Assembly: GCA_964644695.1 (NCBI GenBank)
Contig: CAZXWN010000003.1
Location: 62,001 to 126,000 of the forward strand
Origin: an uncultured bacterium
GTDB taxonomy: Bacteria > UBP4 > UBA4092
Direction of reading: 5' to 3'
Length of the DNA: 64,000 nucleotides
Numbering within the stretch: position 1 is the stretch's first letter; each line of letters starts with the position of its first letter. Under the pieces are notes generated by a model. That model saw only the letters and a program-made list of their open reading frames with translations, did no database searches and was not told the DNA's origin. Below, piece after piece: positions 28,908 through 40,500 of this stretch. Made by a program: the position numbers and the translations under genes.

Positions 28908-30437
28908 TTATTCCGGTATTTCTATCTCAGGATTCTCGTCATCAATCAGGTCATCAATCCCCAGAAGAGATTGAGACTCCGCTTCAGGAAGTCTTTCGAC
29001 AATATGGAGCTTTCGTTCCACAGCCCGTTTTTTTGTCTGGACTTTCTCAATGTCGTTACAGGCGGATTCCAGTTTCTTCTTAGTCTTTTCCAGGATTTCT
29101 CCGAATTTACCAAACTCTGTCTTCACCGCACCCAGGACTCGCCAGACTTCATCAGCCCGTTTTTCAAGGGCGAGGGTTCGGAATCCAATTTGCAGACTGT
29201 TCAAGACTGCCGCCAGAGTGGTCGGTCCGGATAAAATGACATGATATTGATTCTGACATTCATTAAAGAGGACTGGATCACGGAGAGCCTCGGCAAACAG
29301 GCCTTCAATCGGCAGATACATGATGGCCAGCTGGGTCGTATACGGAGAAATAATGTATTTATCATGGATTTCTTTGGCCAGACCTTTGATTTTCCGTTGA
29401 AGGTCAACCCGACATGATTCCAATCGAATCGGATCTGTTTCTTCCATCAACTGTTGATAAATCTCCAGGGGGAATTTGGCATCTATCGGAAGCCAGACAT
29501 GTTTAGTCTCATCGTCGCGGGAAGGAATTTTCACCGCAAATTCAACAACACTGTCTTTCTCTGGATTTACTTTGACATTTTCTTCGTATTGGCCTGGCGC
29601 CAGTATTTGCTCTATCAGGTTCCCCAGCATGATTTCACCCACGATCCCTCTGGGTTTTACTTTCGTAAGGATTTGATTCAGGTTACTGACATCCCCGGCC
29701 AGTTTCTTCATTTCGCCTAATTCGGTATAAACTTTGGTCAGATTTTCACTGACCTGACTAAAAGATTGTCCCAACCGTTCTTCCAGAGTCTTATGTAATT
29801 TTTCATCAACTGTCAGGCGCATTTGTTCCAGTTTGGCATCATTTTTTTCCTGCAGGTCTTTGAGCTGATTTTCCATGGTGACCCGCATTTGTTCCTGTTT
29901 CTGTTCACTGGAAGTCCGCACCTCTGTCAGTCGGGTTTCAATGCTGGTCTGGATTTCTTTTAATTGGGCAGAGACTCCTTCCAGCTTCTCTTTCTGGTCT
30001 TTGGAGAATCGGTCCAGGGTTTCATTGGTTGCGTTCCGGGTTTGTTCCATCTTGGTTTCATTACTTTGCTGGATGAGGGACAGTTTCCCTTCTACCAGGG
30101 TCCGGACATCATTCAAGTTCTTCTGAATTTGCTCATTATTTTCCGTGAGTTTCTGAGAAGTAACTTCACGGAATTCCTGTTGAGCCGTTTGTTGTGTGGT
30201 GATTTGCTGGTTCAGAGTGCCGGAAAATGTCCCAAAGGAGGAAGTGATTTCCTGCCGAAGATTTTGGATGGCAGTTCCCTGTTCCGTACGATTTCGGGAG
30301 AACTCATCCGCCATCATTTTTTGGAAAGCGTCTGATTTATCTTCCGTCTTCAGGCTTTTCATCCGGCTGATGATAACGAACAGTAATATTAAAACAACGA
30401 CATTTAGTCCCAGTGAGATATAACCAATCATTTCCAT
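28908..30437 (-). CDS. rmuC: DNA recombination protein RmuC
   Basis: N-terminal TM helix, long coiled coil, TVDEKL, WLPIDAKFP, YLPIEGLFAE and GPTTLAAVLNSLQIGFRTLA. Confidence 0.93.
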   Translation of the reverse strand: MEMIGYISLGLNVVVLILLFVIISRMKSLKTEDKSDAFQKMMADEFSRNRTEQGTAIQNLRQEITSSFGTFSGTLNQQITTQQTAQQEFREVTSQKLTENNEQIQKNLNDVRTLVEGKLSLIQQSNETKMEQTRNATNETLDRFSKDQKEKLEGVSAQLKEIQTSIETRLTEVRTSSEQKQEQMRVTMENQLKDLQEKNDAKLEQMRLTVDEKLHKTLEERLGQSFSQVSENLTKVYTELGEMKKLAGDVSNLNQILTKVKPRGIVGEIMLGNLIEQILAPGQYEENVKVNPEKDSVVEFAVKIPSRDDETKHVWLPIDAKFPLEIYQQLMEETDPIRLESCRVDLQRKIKGLAKEIHDKYIISPYTTQLAIMYLPIEGLFAEALRDPVLFNECQNQYHVILSGPTTLAAVLNSLQIGFRTLALEKRADEVWRVLGAVKTEFGKFGEILEKTKKKLESACNDIEKVQTKKRAVERKLHIVERLPEAESQSLLGIDDLIDDENPEIEIPE

Positions 30438-30471
30438 GTCTTCTCCTTTTACAGCGTGCCCCTGTTATCTC

Positions 30472-33102
30472 TTATTGGATGGAGATGGATAATTCATCAT
30501 CCATTTCCAGAGTAATGTCTCTACTAAAGATTATACGGAACCCGGTGACATTCGGGGTCATCTTCACAGAAACAGGTTCTTCGTTGTGTTCCACTTTCAC
30601 CCGAGTCAGATTTTTATCAACAGAGTGCAGGGTCAATTCATGGAGAGTGATTTCCCCACCGGCCATTGATAATGAAGCGGTGAATAATCCCTTTCGGAGG
30701 TCCTGCTGATAAAAGCCCCAGGCTGTCCCCATGAATAACGGAGCGGAGAATCTCTCCGGCCGAATCACCGGGGCAATTTTTAACCATTTCCCCGGTACGG
30801 AACAGGATACTCCGGAGAGAGCCGGCAGGAGACTCCAGGCAGATAATGCCCGTGCATAATGATGACCGCATTCACATTCATCCCAGGGATTCCGGTTATC
30901 ACCCCGGTATCTTTCCCGGACTGAATTGACAACTGCCAGACCTTCTTCAACCATCCCGGAATAAATCATCGAGGCGGCGGCCTGATACTCCAGACCCGTC
31001 CAGACTTCATCGAAGTAATAAAGGGGGTAACCGGGCCTGTTTCCTTTGGGCCAGGTACAATTAAGTAATCCGGCTTCGCCGTCGCTGGCATACCGTCGAT
31101 AAGTGATTGGATGTCCGGTCATATCCGGTTTCCAGTTATATTTGAAAAGTGAACTGAGGGCTGATTTCACATGCTGCTCATTCAATCCAGAGTCCAGCCC
31201 CAGATTTTTGGAATACCAGTATCCCAGTAACTGGTCAATCAGGCATCCCTCTCCCTGTTGGTACCGGGGACCTTCCAACCGGGTATCCTGACCCTGGGCC
31301 AGAGTCAGTTTTTGGTAAGGTTCGGGCCAATCCAGATGTGCCTCGGGGTTGATTTTCTGGATATAGTATTCCCCGTTGAATAATTCCGTGTCCATCTTTT
31401 GAGTCCCGGACTGGAAAAGCCGCTGACATTCTGCGGCCAGTTCGGCGTCTCCTAGATGATTTGCCATTGCCCCGACTGTTTTCAGGGCTGTCAGATAAAG
31501 GCCGGTACATAAGGGATTAGGACCGTAAAACTCTACATCATAAGTGTTGTGCTGCATCCCTTCCATGACCCCGTCCCGGTCCTTGTCCCAATACTTCCAG
31601 GCATAGGCAAGGGCTTGTTTCACAAAGGGCCAGACTTCCTGAAGCCAGGTATCATCCCCGGTGTTCTGCCATTCCCGATAAACCTGAATCAGGATCCCCA
31701 TCTGGCCATCTGCCGCTGGATGAAACAGGTGTTTGGAGAGTATTCCCATGGGAAGGGGTTGACGGAAGTCCTGACGGCCTTCACTATCCTGGGCATATTT
31801 GAATCGGGCATTCAACTGGGATTTCTGGAGGTCAGGGAACAGGGCCGCTAATGACTGGGCATAATTCCAGACATGAGTACAGGTCCCTTCACAGCACCCT
31901 TTCTCATCATGGCATCCCTCAAAACCATAGAAAGTCCCATCTTCTAACCGGAGACAGGTGGGAGATTTAAGTACAGACAGGGTATGAGTTACAGAATCTT
32001 TGACAATATCCGGGAGTGTGCTTTGTTGGAACGAATGACTGAATTTCCAGGACTCTTCATGGAGGCCTTCGAGATTTTCGACAACATGACGCGCTACTTC
32101 CCAGGCATCAGCCCAAAGAGTATCGGTATAAGTGTGCCACCGGGGCCGGGATTTTTGGGGTCCGCAGCAAGATTGGATATCAGCGCCATCGGTCCAGTAT
32201 TTCTCCATGACGGGGAAATGCCAGGTCAGGATAAAGGGGATAGTGATACTGTCTCCGGACTCAAGGGTAAAAGGAATACCGAGAGTCCCCACATCCCACC
32301 TCCCCGGAAGGGGTTTATCCGGAAGGTCGAAGTCCGGACTTTCCATATAGTCCCAGAACTGTTGCAGGGCGGACTGGGGATGACCTCCCCACCGTGGCCA
32401 GATAATAGTTTTATCAAAGGGGGTGGCCAGGGCCATTGTCCCGAACCGAGGGTCTTCGGGGCCATATTTAGAAGTGCTGTACCAGAGTCCGGACAGGAGT
32501 TCATCATCTTTTCGTTCTGCAGTCTTTCCTTCAGGGTCTGAACCGCCAGCCAGATTAGGGAGAGTTCCATAGATGGCACCTTCCAATTTCCGTTTGGAAG
32601 TGTTCGTCACTTCATACAGGAGTATGGCGGTTGGAATGGAAGAATTAGTATCATCCATCGGGATGAAGGGATTAAAGGCTTCCAATTTGACCGTAACGGG
32701 GACCTGGTTATCTTCCAGATTGACACAGGCAAAAGGGAATGCGGATTCAAAGGTATTTCGGGCAAAATGGGGTAATCCCTCACCACTGGACCGTTTCCCA
32801 GTCATCCCGTCATGGACAGGCTGCGGATTTCTCGGAGGTCCCTGTAACACACGACTGATGACTTTTCCGTTATCTTTCAGTTTTAAGGTGAAAAAGGCAA
32901 ACTCCGGATCAAATCCAAAGGCAGGCCGGTTACATAATTCAAAATCCCGTAATTGGCCCCAGCCGCCGAGTGAAACAGAACCTGTTCCGATACCGCCGAG
33001 AGGAAACGCCAAGTGAGTCAAAAATTGCTGTGAATATCGAACAGGACGGCCAGTACGGGTGAGATCTTCCCGCCGCCAGGGGATTCGAGGTTTGGATGAC
33101 AT
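30472..33102 (-). CDS. Glycoside hydrolase family 116 (non-lysosomal glucosylceramidase-like)
   Basis: FPLGGIGTG, CCEGTCTHVWNYAQ, ADGQMG, QHNTYDVE and EVWTGLEY. Confidence 0.9.
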   Translation of the reverse strand: MSSKPRIPWRREDLTRTGRPVRYSQQFLTHLAFPLGGIGTGSVSLGGWGQLRDFELCNRPAFGFDPEFAFFTLKLKDNGKVISRVLQGPPRNPQPVHDGMTGKRSSGEGLPHFARNTFESAFPFACVNLEDNQVPVTVKLEAFNPFIPMDDTNSSIPTAILLYEVTNTSKRKLEGAIYGTLPNLAGGSDPEGKTAERKDDELLSGLWYSTSKYGPEDPRFGTMALATPFDKTIIWPRWGGHPQSALQQFWDYMESPDFDLPDKPLPGRWDVGTLGIPFTLESGDSITIPFILTWHFPVMEKYWTDGADIQSCCGPQKSRPRWHTYTDTLWADAWEVARHVVENLEGLHEESWKFSHSFQQSTLPDIVKDSVTHTLSVLKSPTCLRLEDGTFYGFEGCHDEKGCCEGTCTHVWNYAQSLAALFPDLQKSQLNARFKYAQDSEGRQDFRQPLPMGILSKHLFHPAADGQMGILIQVYREWQNTGDDTWLQEVWPFVKQALAYAWKYWDKDRDGVMEGMQHNTYDVEFYGPNPLCTGLYLTALKTVGAMANHLGDAELAAECQRLFQSGTQKMDTELFNGEYYIQKINPEAHLDWPEPYQKLTLAQGQDTRLEGPRYQQGEGCLIDQLLGYWYSKNLGLDSGLNEQHVKSALSSLFKYNWKPDMTGHPITYRRYASDGEAGLLNCTWPKGNRPGYPLYYFDEVWTGLEYQAAASMIYSGMVEEGLAVVNSVRERYRGDNRNPWDECECGHHYARALSAWSLLPALSGVSCSVPGKWLKIAPVIRPERFSAPLFMGTAWGFYQQDLRKGLFTASLSMAGGEITLHELTLHSVDKNLTRVKVEHNEEPVSVKMTPNVTGFRIIFSRDITLEMDDELSISIQ

Positions 33103-33214
33103 CTATTTATATCCTTATTTGTTTTTGTCTATTTTACACCGGACCCGGGAGTGGCTGGTTTCTTACACAAAAGAACTTAACTTAAATAGAAAGGATAAAT
33201 ATAGATGGTTTTAC

Positions 33215-33877
33215 TTACCATGAGGATGGTTTTTCAAAGCGTCCATCAACAACTGGGGGAAATTGGCAGTTTCGCAGAAGCGATTCGTTGATTGTTTTCC
33301 TGAAACGGATTAAATTGGAAATTTCTTGACTTGGTTTACTGTGTGGATTAGCCCAGCCGACAGGTTTATGAAAATCGTTTATTACTATATTTATGGGAGA
33401 GATTAAATCTGAATCGTTTGAAATTACAACCGCACAATCATAAAGGTTCTTAACCGCATCATATAGTAAATCTACCGCGAGATTTACATCAGAACCTTTT
33501 TCTTCAGTTTTTAAGACGGTTGTTGATCTTCCTAAATAATTACCTTGCTCATCACAAGCAGGCATTCGGACTACTTTGGGACCCAGGAAACGCCCCTTTA
33601 TAATCTTAATTCGTGGGAGAGTTAAAAGAGCATTTAAATATGTCTTTTGTCTGTCACCCTGTTTGTCAGGTGGACGGTTAGTTATATCCGCTGTGTAGTA
33701 CTTAATTTGTTGAATGGTATTGTTGGGGAATAATTCTATACATAGTTTCTCAAGATTAAGCCATTTATATCTTTGCCAGGACGACCGAAGAGGATCTTTG
33801 AAGCATCCATAATAGAAATTGAATCCATCAATATAGACATATGTGTTTTTTTTACTATTTAAAATAGTTGATGACAT
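33215..33877 (-). CDS. NYN domain (LabA/DUF88, PIN-like) ribonuclease
   Basis: YIDGFNFYYG, YYTA, EEKGSDVNLA and ISNDSDL, with acidic catalytic residues intact. Start placed at ATG 33877 because the upstream in-frame stretch is the hairpin leader. Confidence 0.9.
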   Translation of the reverse strand: MSSTILNSKKNTYVYIDGFNFYYGCFKDPLRSSWQRYKWLNLEKLCIELFPNNTIQQIKYYTADITNRPPDKQGDRQKTYLNALLTLPRIKIIKGRFLGPKVVRMPACDEQGNYLGRSTTVLKTEEKGSDVNLAVDLLYDAVKNLYDCAVVISNDSDLISPINIVINDFHKPVGWANPHSKPSQEISNLIRFRKTINESLLRNCQFPPVVDGRFEKPSSW

Positions 33878-33887
33878 ATGATTAAAG

Positions 33888-33992
33888 GTCGAGCCTACCT
33901 TTTCAGGCAGGCTCAACATCCCGGTGACGAAACACCGGGAGGGATATCATGTTCTTCAAAGTAAAATATACCACAATTATTAAATATATCAA
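33888..33992 (-). promoter_or_regulatory. Promoter plus two-hairpin 5' leader of the NYN gene
   Basis: TTGATA-16 bp-TATATT with TGn extension; hairpins UCCCGGUG-uuucgu-CACCGGGA and GUUGAGCCUGCCU-GAAA-AGGUAGGCUCGAC. Confidence 0.65.
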
Positions 33993-34031
33993 TACAATGT
34001 GTGTAATATTTCTTTGATTTGTTAGTGCTGA

Positions 34032-34091
34032 TTCGAAGGATCCACGGAGGTACTCGGAGCAGGTCCGTACCCGGTTCGTTCCTGATTCGTT
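34032..34091. repeat. Dispersed palindromic repeat, copy 1
   Basis: TTCGAAGGATCCACGGAGGTACTCGGAGCAGGTCCGTACCCGGTTCGTT; aligns without gaps to 63941-63989 and to the core at 51394-51431. Confidence 0.85.
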
Positions 34092-34186
34092 GCTGGGGCA
34101 GGGTGGAGAGGGTAGGACTTTGGTGGGGGACTATAGGAATTATTGGTTAAAAGGGTTTATCTGTCGGAAGGGAGACGGGAGGGGGT

Positions 34187-34426
34187 TTAATCTTTTTCGA
34201 TAAACTCATGGTCTTCGTAGATGACTTCCAGCATTTTAGCTTCGGTAATGGTCAATTCCCAGAGAAACCGTTTATCCACAAAGAAACAATATCGGACATT
34301 CCCATCTTCCAGAAGATAGAACCACTGGATCTTTTTCGCCAGTTCATGTTCATAAGTCCCTATCCAGTCTGGGGTTCCGTATTTTTTTCGGATATCTTCA
34401 TCCGTCAATATGATTTCCTGTTGCAT
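34187..34426 (-). CDS. Small hypothetical protein (79 aa)
   Basis: Non-overlapping ORF with protein-like composition. TGnTAGATT lies 6 nt before the ATG and there is no SD, so it may be leaderless. Confidence 0.5.
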   Translation of the reverse strand: MQQEIILTDEDIRKKYGTPDWIGTYEHELAKKIQWFYLLEDGNVRYCFFVDKRFLWELTITEAKMLEVIYEDHEFIEKD

Positions 34427-34578
34427 ATTAAAAATCTACCATAATCTTCCGAATCAGGAGAAGAAATGTCTTGGGAGTGGTTTCGAGAGGGTGGGGGAGA
34501 TGGAAAGTTTCGAATTAAGGGATATAATAACGACAGTAGTAATGTATGTGGATTTCAATTTGAGCCAGGCGGTTTTTT

Positions 34579-37500
34579 GTGAAAAAACGGTTTAATTTAT
34601 ATAGATTTGTTGTCTTATTCTTGTTGAGTATCAGTGTGTTGATTCCCAGTCTGGGATACAGTGCAGTAAGTCCTAACAGTTTAACTATCTCCATGACTCA
34701 GGGGGATACCACCTGGTCTTTGATTACGGTTTATCGGTCTGACAGTGGGACCGACTCCGGCCCGTGGTCGTTGTGGAATTACCAGAACAAACCCGGTCAA
34801 GCGACTGCCAGTACAGTGACTACCACACACACGGCAGGCCACTGGCTGTATCAATGGGATGATAATAAATCCGAACCGGGTGTTTCCTTCCAATGGGAAG
34901 ATATTCTGACAACGGGTTCCCAGTTAACGACCTTACTGGATGATGAAATCTCTGAAGCCCAACCTCTGGGATTTGAATTTCCGTTCTACGGACAGAATTA
35001 TTCCTCCGTTTATGTGTCCGCCAATGGTTGGATATCTTTCTTACCTGCCTCCGGAACCGTCCATGAAAATAAAGAACTTCCCTCCTATTCCGCACCGTCG
35101 GCTTTTATTGCCGTTTTATGGGATGATTTGGAACCTCAGGTAGGGGGTACAGTCTGGTATTCAGCGAATACGGAACGGGCGGTCATCACCTGGTCGGATG
35201 TCCCGACTTTCGCCAGTGCCAGTACCCGATTTACTTTCCAGGCGATTCTTTATCCTTCCGGAGAAATCAAACTTCAGTATTCATCGGTGACAGGGTCAGG
35301 GACTTTGTCTCATACTATCGGGATGCAGGATGAACTCCGTCAAGACGCCGTGGAATTAGTGTATAACGAGAGTTATATCAAATCAGGTTTATCGGTGATT
35401 CTGTATCCGAGTGTGGAATGGTTATCCATAGAACCGGGAAATGGGACCCTGGCTCCTTCTTCGTTCAGTGAAGTGACAGTCTGGATAAAGGGTGAATCCC
35501 TGTATCCGGGAGTGACGACAGCCTGGTTGAATTATCAAACCGGGATTTCCGGAGACAGTTCTCAGTTCATTCCAGTACAGGTCAATGTTCAGGCCGGTGC
35601 CAGTCAATTTGATTACAATACTACCGCCTGTAATTTAGGTGAGGTCTATTCGGGCCGGACCGTGGAGAGCATTTTCCGGTTAGGGAATGCGGGATATGGT
35701 GTCATTACCTGTCATATCCTTGGGACCGAGGGTTCTTTTACTACGATTGGAACGGGTTTGGGTCTTTATCCGCAACGGACCTGGGATGTTCTTACAATTC
35801 GGGGATGGACAGACACCCTGGGACCTCAGACGGGGTCTTTGATATTGAGTCTTGATACAGGGGCTGGATACAGTACCTTAACCGTAGGATTATCCCTGAA
35901 AGGTGTCACACCGCCTTCTATTTCATTATCGAGTACCCTTTTCAACCTGACTTTGAGACAGGGAGAAATAGGATATGCCCAATTAACGGTTTATAACAAT
36001 GGTGCCACCTCCGGAGGATTGAATTATCAGATTTTGGAAACCCTCAAATCGCCTGAAGCTGCTGCCAGTATCAAGTCTTTAACGGCTTCAAAGACGATTT
36101 ATCCTGAAATCACAGAATCTTCTTTTAAGATTATTCCGGGTATGGATTATGTTTCCGATGAAGTGATCGTGAAATTCAAATCCACTCGCGGGAAAGAAGT
36201 TTCCATCAGCGCCATGTCGGGGAAACGGAAAGTAAAATCCTTCCCACTCATTGGGGCGGACCTGTATCAATTGGATTCTACTGTTTCGATGGAACAGGCC
36301 TTAGCTGACTTGGCTGCCCGGGGAGATGTGGAGTATGCCGAGCCGAATTATATCGCTCATGCTGCCCGCATCCCCAATGACCCAAGTTATAGTCTCCAGT
36401 GGGGATTGGCGACAGTCGGCGCCCCGGCTGCCTGGGATGTCATTACCGGGTCGGAGGACATTATTATTGCCGTCGTTGATTCGGGAGTGGATTATACCCA
36501 TCCCGACCTGAGTTCCCGGATGTGGCAAAACACCGGAGAAATCGCAGGGAATGGAATCGATGATGACGGGAATGGATATATTGATGATGTCCGAGGATGG
36601 AACTTCCTGAGCCGGACCAATGACCCGATGGATGATTATGAACATGGGACTCATGTGGCGGGAATCGCCGCCGCGGCTACGGATAACCTGACGGGGATCT
36701 CCGGCATGACCTGGAAAAATAAAGTTATGGCCCTGAAGTTTTTAGGTTCCAGTGGGACAGGCCCTATCTCTTTAAGTATTGAAGCCGTCCAATATGCCGT
36801 CAAGAACGGTGCCAAAATCATCAATAACAGTTACACCGGAGGCGGATTCCTTCGGTCGATGTATTCCACTATCAGTGCTGCCAATGAAGCGGGCGTCTTG
36901 ATGATTTGTGCGGCGGGAAATGAATATAACAATAACGATTCCAATCCGTCTTATCCAGCCAATTACGGCCTTCCGAATGTGATTTCTGTCGGGGCTACGG
37001 ATTCAACAGATGGCTGGGCGGCTTTCTCCAATTATGGAAACACGGTTCACATTGCAGCTCCCGGAAAAGATATTCTGAGTACGATTCCCTCTAACCGTTA
37101 TGTTACCCGGAATGGGACTTCCATGGCCGCTCCGATGGTGTCTGGTGCGGCAGCGTTGTTGCTGGGACTGAATCCCCAAATGACTGCTGCTGAAGTCCGG
37201 ACATTGCTTTTGAACAGTGTGGATATCCGGTCTTCCCTGTACGGAAAAGTCTCTACCTCCGGCCGATTGAATGTCCAGAAAGCTTTGGAACAGGCTGGTA
37301 TCAGCTGGCTGGAAGAAACACCCCGGAGTGGGACCATCCCCGCCTCCGGATTTTCTGTGGTTACCCTCCGATTTGATGCGACTTATTTACCGGTGGGAGA
37401 TACGACAGGACACCTGATTATTGAGAGTAACGATACAGTCAATCCCCGGTTGAATATTCAAGTTGGATTAACTGTCACTTTAGGAGACCCCAATTTAAGT

Positions 37501-40500
37501 GTGTCTGCCAATCCTGTGGATTTTGGCCAGGTCCGACTGGGGACTTATGCCATCCAAACCCTGATTCTCACTCAATCCGGATATAGTGAATTAACAATTC
37601 AATCCCTGGGGCTTCCTAAACATTTCAGCGTGGATGCGCTGGCAATAAAAGTCCTGACCCGGTATGAGTCCTGGGAAATCCCCATCCGATTTGATGCCGT
37701 GACCTCTGCGAGTTATTCTGAGACAGCCTATTTTGAAACCAACGACCCGGATCAACCGTCCCTCTCGGTGGTTTTGAACGCCGTCGCGGCACCCTCTCCC
37801 GTGATAGACCTTCAACCGTCCTTTGTTTCGGCTTCGACCGACTGGGCCACTGAATCTTACAGTGTCCTGACGATTACCAATACCGTTACAGAACCTTCTC
37901 TCCCTCTGAATTGGAACAGTGTCTTATCTCTGACTTCCACTGAGCATGCCGGGGCGGCTTCGTTTGGTGGGCCTGATGGTTATCAGATGCGATGGGTGGA
38001 CAGTTTACAGCCCAATGGACCGATTTATCAATGGAAAGATATCAGTACTACGGGAACTCGTATTACGGGAATCTCTGATGACTCTTTGACGGGACCTTAT
38101 GATTTAGGATTTTCGTTCCCGTATTATGGCAAGATGTATGACAAAGTTTATGTGGGCAGTAATGGTTATTTAGTGTTTGTATCTTCGGCTGTCGCCATTC
38201 AACCGGATGTCCTTCCTTCGACGAATGCACCGGCCACCTTGTTGGCTCCATTCTGGGGTGACCTGAATCCAGCAACTCACGGGTCTGTTTATTATCAGGG
38301 AGACTCCACGACCTTTACCGTATCTTATGTCGATATTCCCCTGTTTGATAATGATTCGTCCTATTATAACTTCCAAGTTATCTTAAAACCTGAAGGAGAT
38401 ATCCTGTATCAATATGGAAGTCTGACAGGGTCTTTGAACAAGGTCACTGTGGGATTACAGGATGATACAAAGACAAGAGGATTAACCGTAGTCAGTGAAG
38501 CTTCGTATCTTCGGGAAAATCTGGCCATTCGATTCTGGAAGTCTCCGGGATTTGTGGATGTTTCTCCGACAGTGGGAGTCTGTTCCACACCGGGAAGTTA
38601 TTCCATTGTGACAATTCATTGGGACAGCCGTCCTTTGGCTCCGGGTGTGGTGACCACTGCTTATCTTTTGACGGCGTCAAATGATTTAGACCGACCTGTT
38701 ATTGTGACCCCTTTAACTTTACAGGTGACTCCAGGGTTTACGGCTGACTTCTCCGCAACACCATTATTTGGAATGAGTCCATTACAGGTCCAGTTTACTG
38801 GGATAAGTGCCGTGACATCTCTCCCCTGGCATTGGGATTTCGGGGATGGTTACACCGGTTCAGGAGTGACCGTTCAACACAGTTATTCCACTCCGACGGG
38901 GGCGCTTTATACGGTGAGGGCTTTTGCCGGCACCTCTTTTGATTGTGTCACAGTGACCCGTGTTGGATATATCCGAGTGGTTCCGAATACGGTGAAAACA
39001 CTGGGGACTCTCCCGGGTATCAAATTCCTGAAAGGACAAAGCCGGGATTCTGTTTTTTCACTGAATGATTATGTCAATGAACAGGACCTTCCCTGGAGAT
39101 GGCGATATGTCAATGGTTCCAGTCAGGTCCAGCCGTATATCGCGTCAGGTTCACCATGGGTAGGATTCAATGTTCCTTCTCCGTCAACTTTTGTCGGAAT
39201 CGAAACCGTGAATTATTATGTTTCGGGTGTGTTGAGTGCGGGACTTGATCAGGAAGTGAGATACCTGGATTACATTCTTAAACCCATTCCGAGAATCCTG
39301 ACGGATGATGGTGATGTGGTGGAGAATGGAACCCTGAATTTATCTGATTATATTGAGCCGGGAGTTCCCGGCAGCTGGCCATTGCCGGTAATCATCCCGA
39401 CGGTCTCCGATGATTCGGGAAAAGTGGAGGCTTCCATTAATAGTAATCAACTGACGGTGACAGTGTCTTCGACATTATCTCAACCGGTGAATATCCGGTT
39501 ATCGGTGGGTGAGTCGGGACTGCAGGATCGGCAGGTCGTTCCGGTTTATGAATTAGAAAATATCTATGGCCGATTAACGAGTGAATCAGATTTATCGGTC
39601 TGGCATCCCGAAGGTGTGAATGGATGGAATGGGGTTCCTGTTGTAAGTTGGGACTCCGCTTCTGACTCCATGGATGGAACCATGGTCCTTGATTTCAATA
39701 GTGAGAATCAGGCCGTCAAATTCACTTTAGATACTTCACTCTGGCAGCCGGTCACGACAGGTCAAACCTGGGTAGTTCGGATGCGGATAAAGACGGATAT
39801 TCCAGACAGTGATTATTCCGCTCAGTTGCTTCTGTTCAATGGCGTTCCGCCGGCGGCAACAGATGTATCCGTCATGGCCCGGTTGTCCATTTCGACCAGT
39901 TGGCAATGGATGGAAACAGAATTCACCAGTCGTCAGTCGGGTTCACTTTATCCGCAGATGATTTTCAGTGGGTCCCATTCAACAGGACATCTCTACATTG
40001 ATGATGTACAGATTTATCAAGGGCAGTCCGAATTAAATCGGATGGCGGGACCGGTGAGAGTGATTGAACCTGCGGGTGATTTTGACCGGCCGGAAGATTT
40101 ATCCGGGTGGGGTGTTGAACCTTTGGATACCACGTCTTCACTTCCTGAAGTGACGGGAAAATATGGATATCTGGAGCTTGGATTTAACGGCGGCGTGATT
40201 CCGCAGGACTTGAAATTAACAAGCCAGTATTCACTCGGACAACCCCGTACTGTTTCGATTACTCCGGGGACATGGGCGGGTATGGAAGCAAGCGTTACCC
40301 AGTCCAGTGGTCTTACGGATGGGGATAATGGTGTTTTACTGGTGGTTTATGGAACGGATACAGAACATTCGGCAAACATTATAGAACTGGCCGGTACGGG
40401 TACATTATTCAGAACCAGTTTCTCTGAACCGATTACATTGGCTTACCGGTCCGGACAAGGTTGGATTTATCCGCAGCTATTGATTAAATCCCGATTATCT

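Noticed and set aside
34032..34091. Phased repeat considered as a CRISPR repeat
   Set aside because: Copies are 12-17 kb apart, with no spacer array and no cas genes.
34095..34129. Four G-runs resembling a G-quadruplex motif
   Set aside because: One loop is long and interrupted, and nothing else supports a function.
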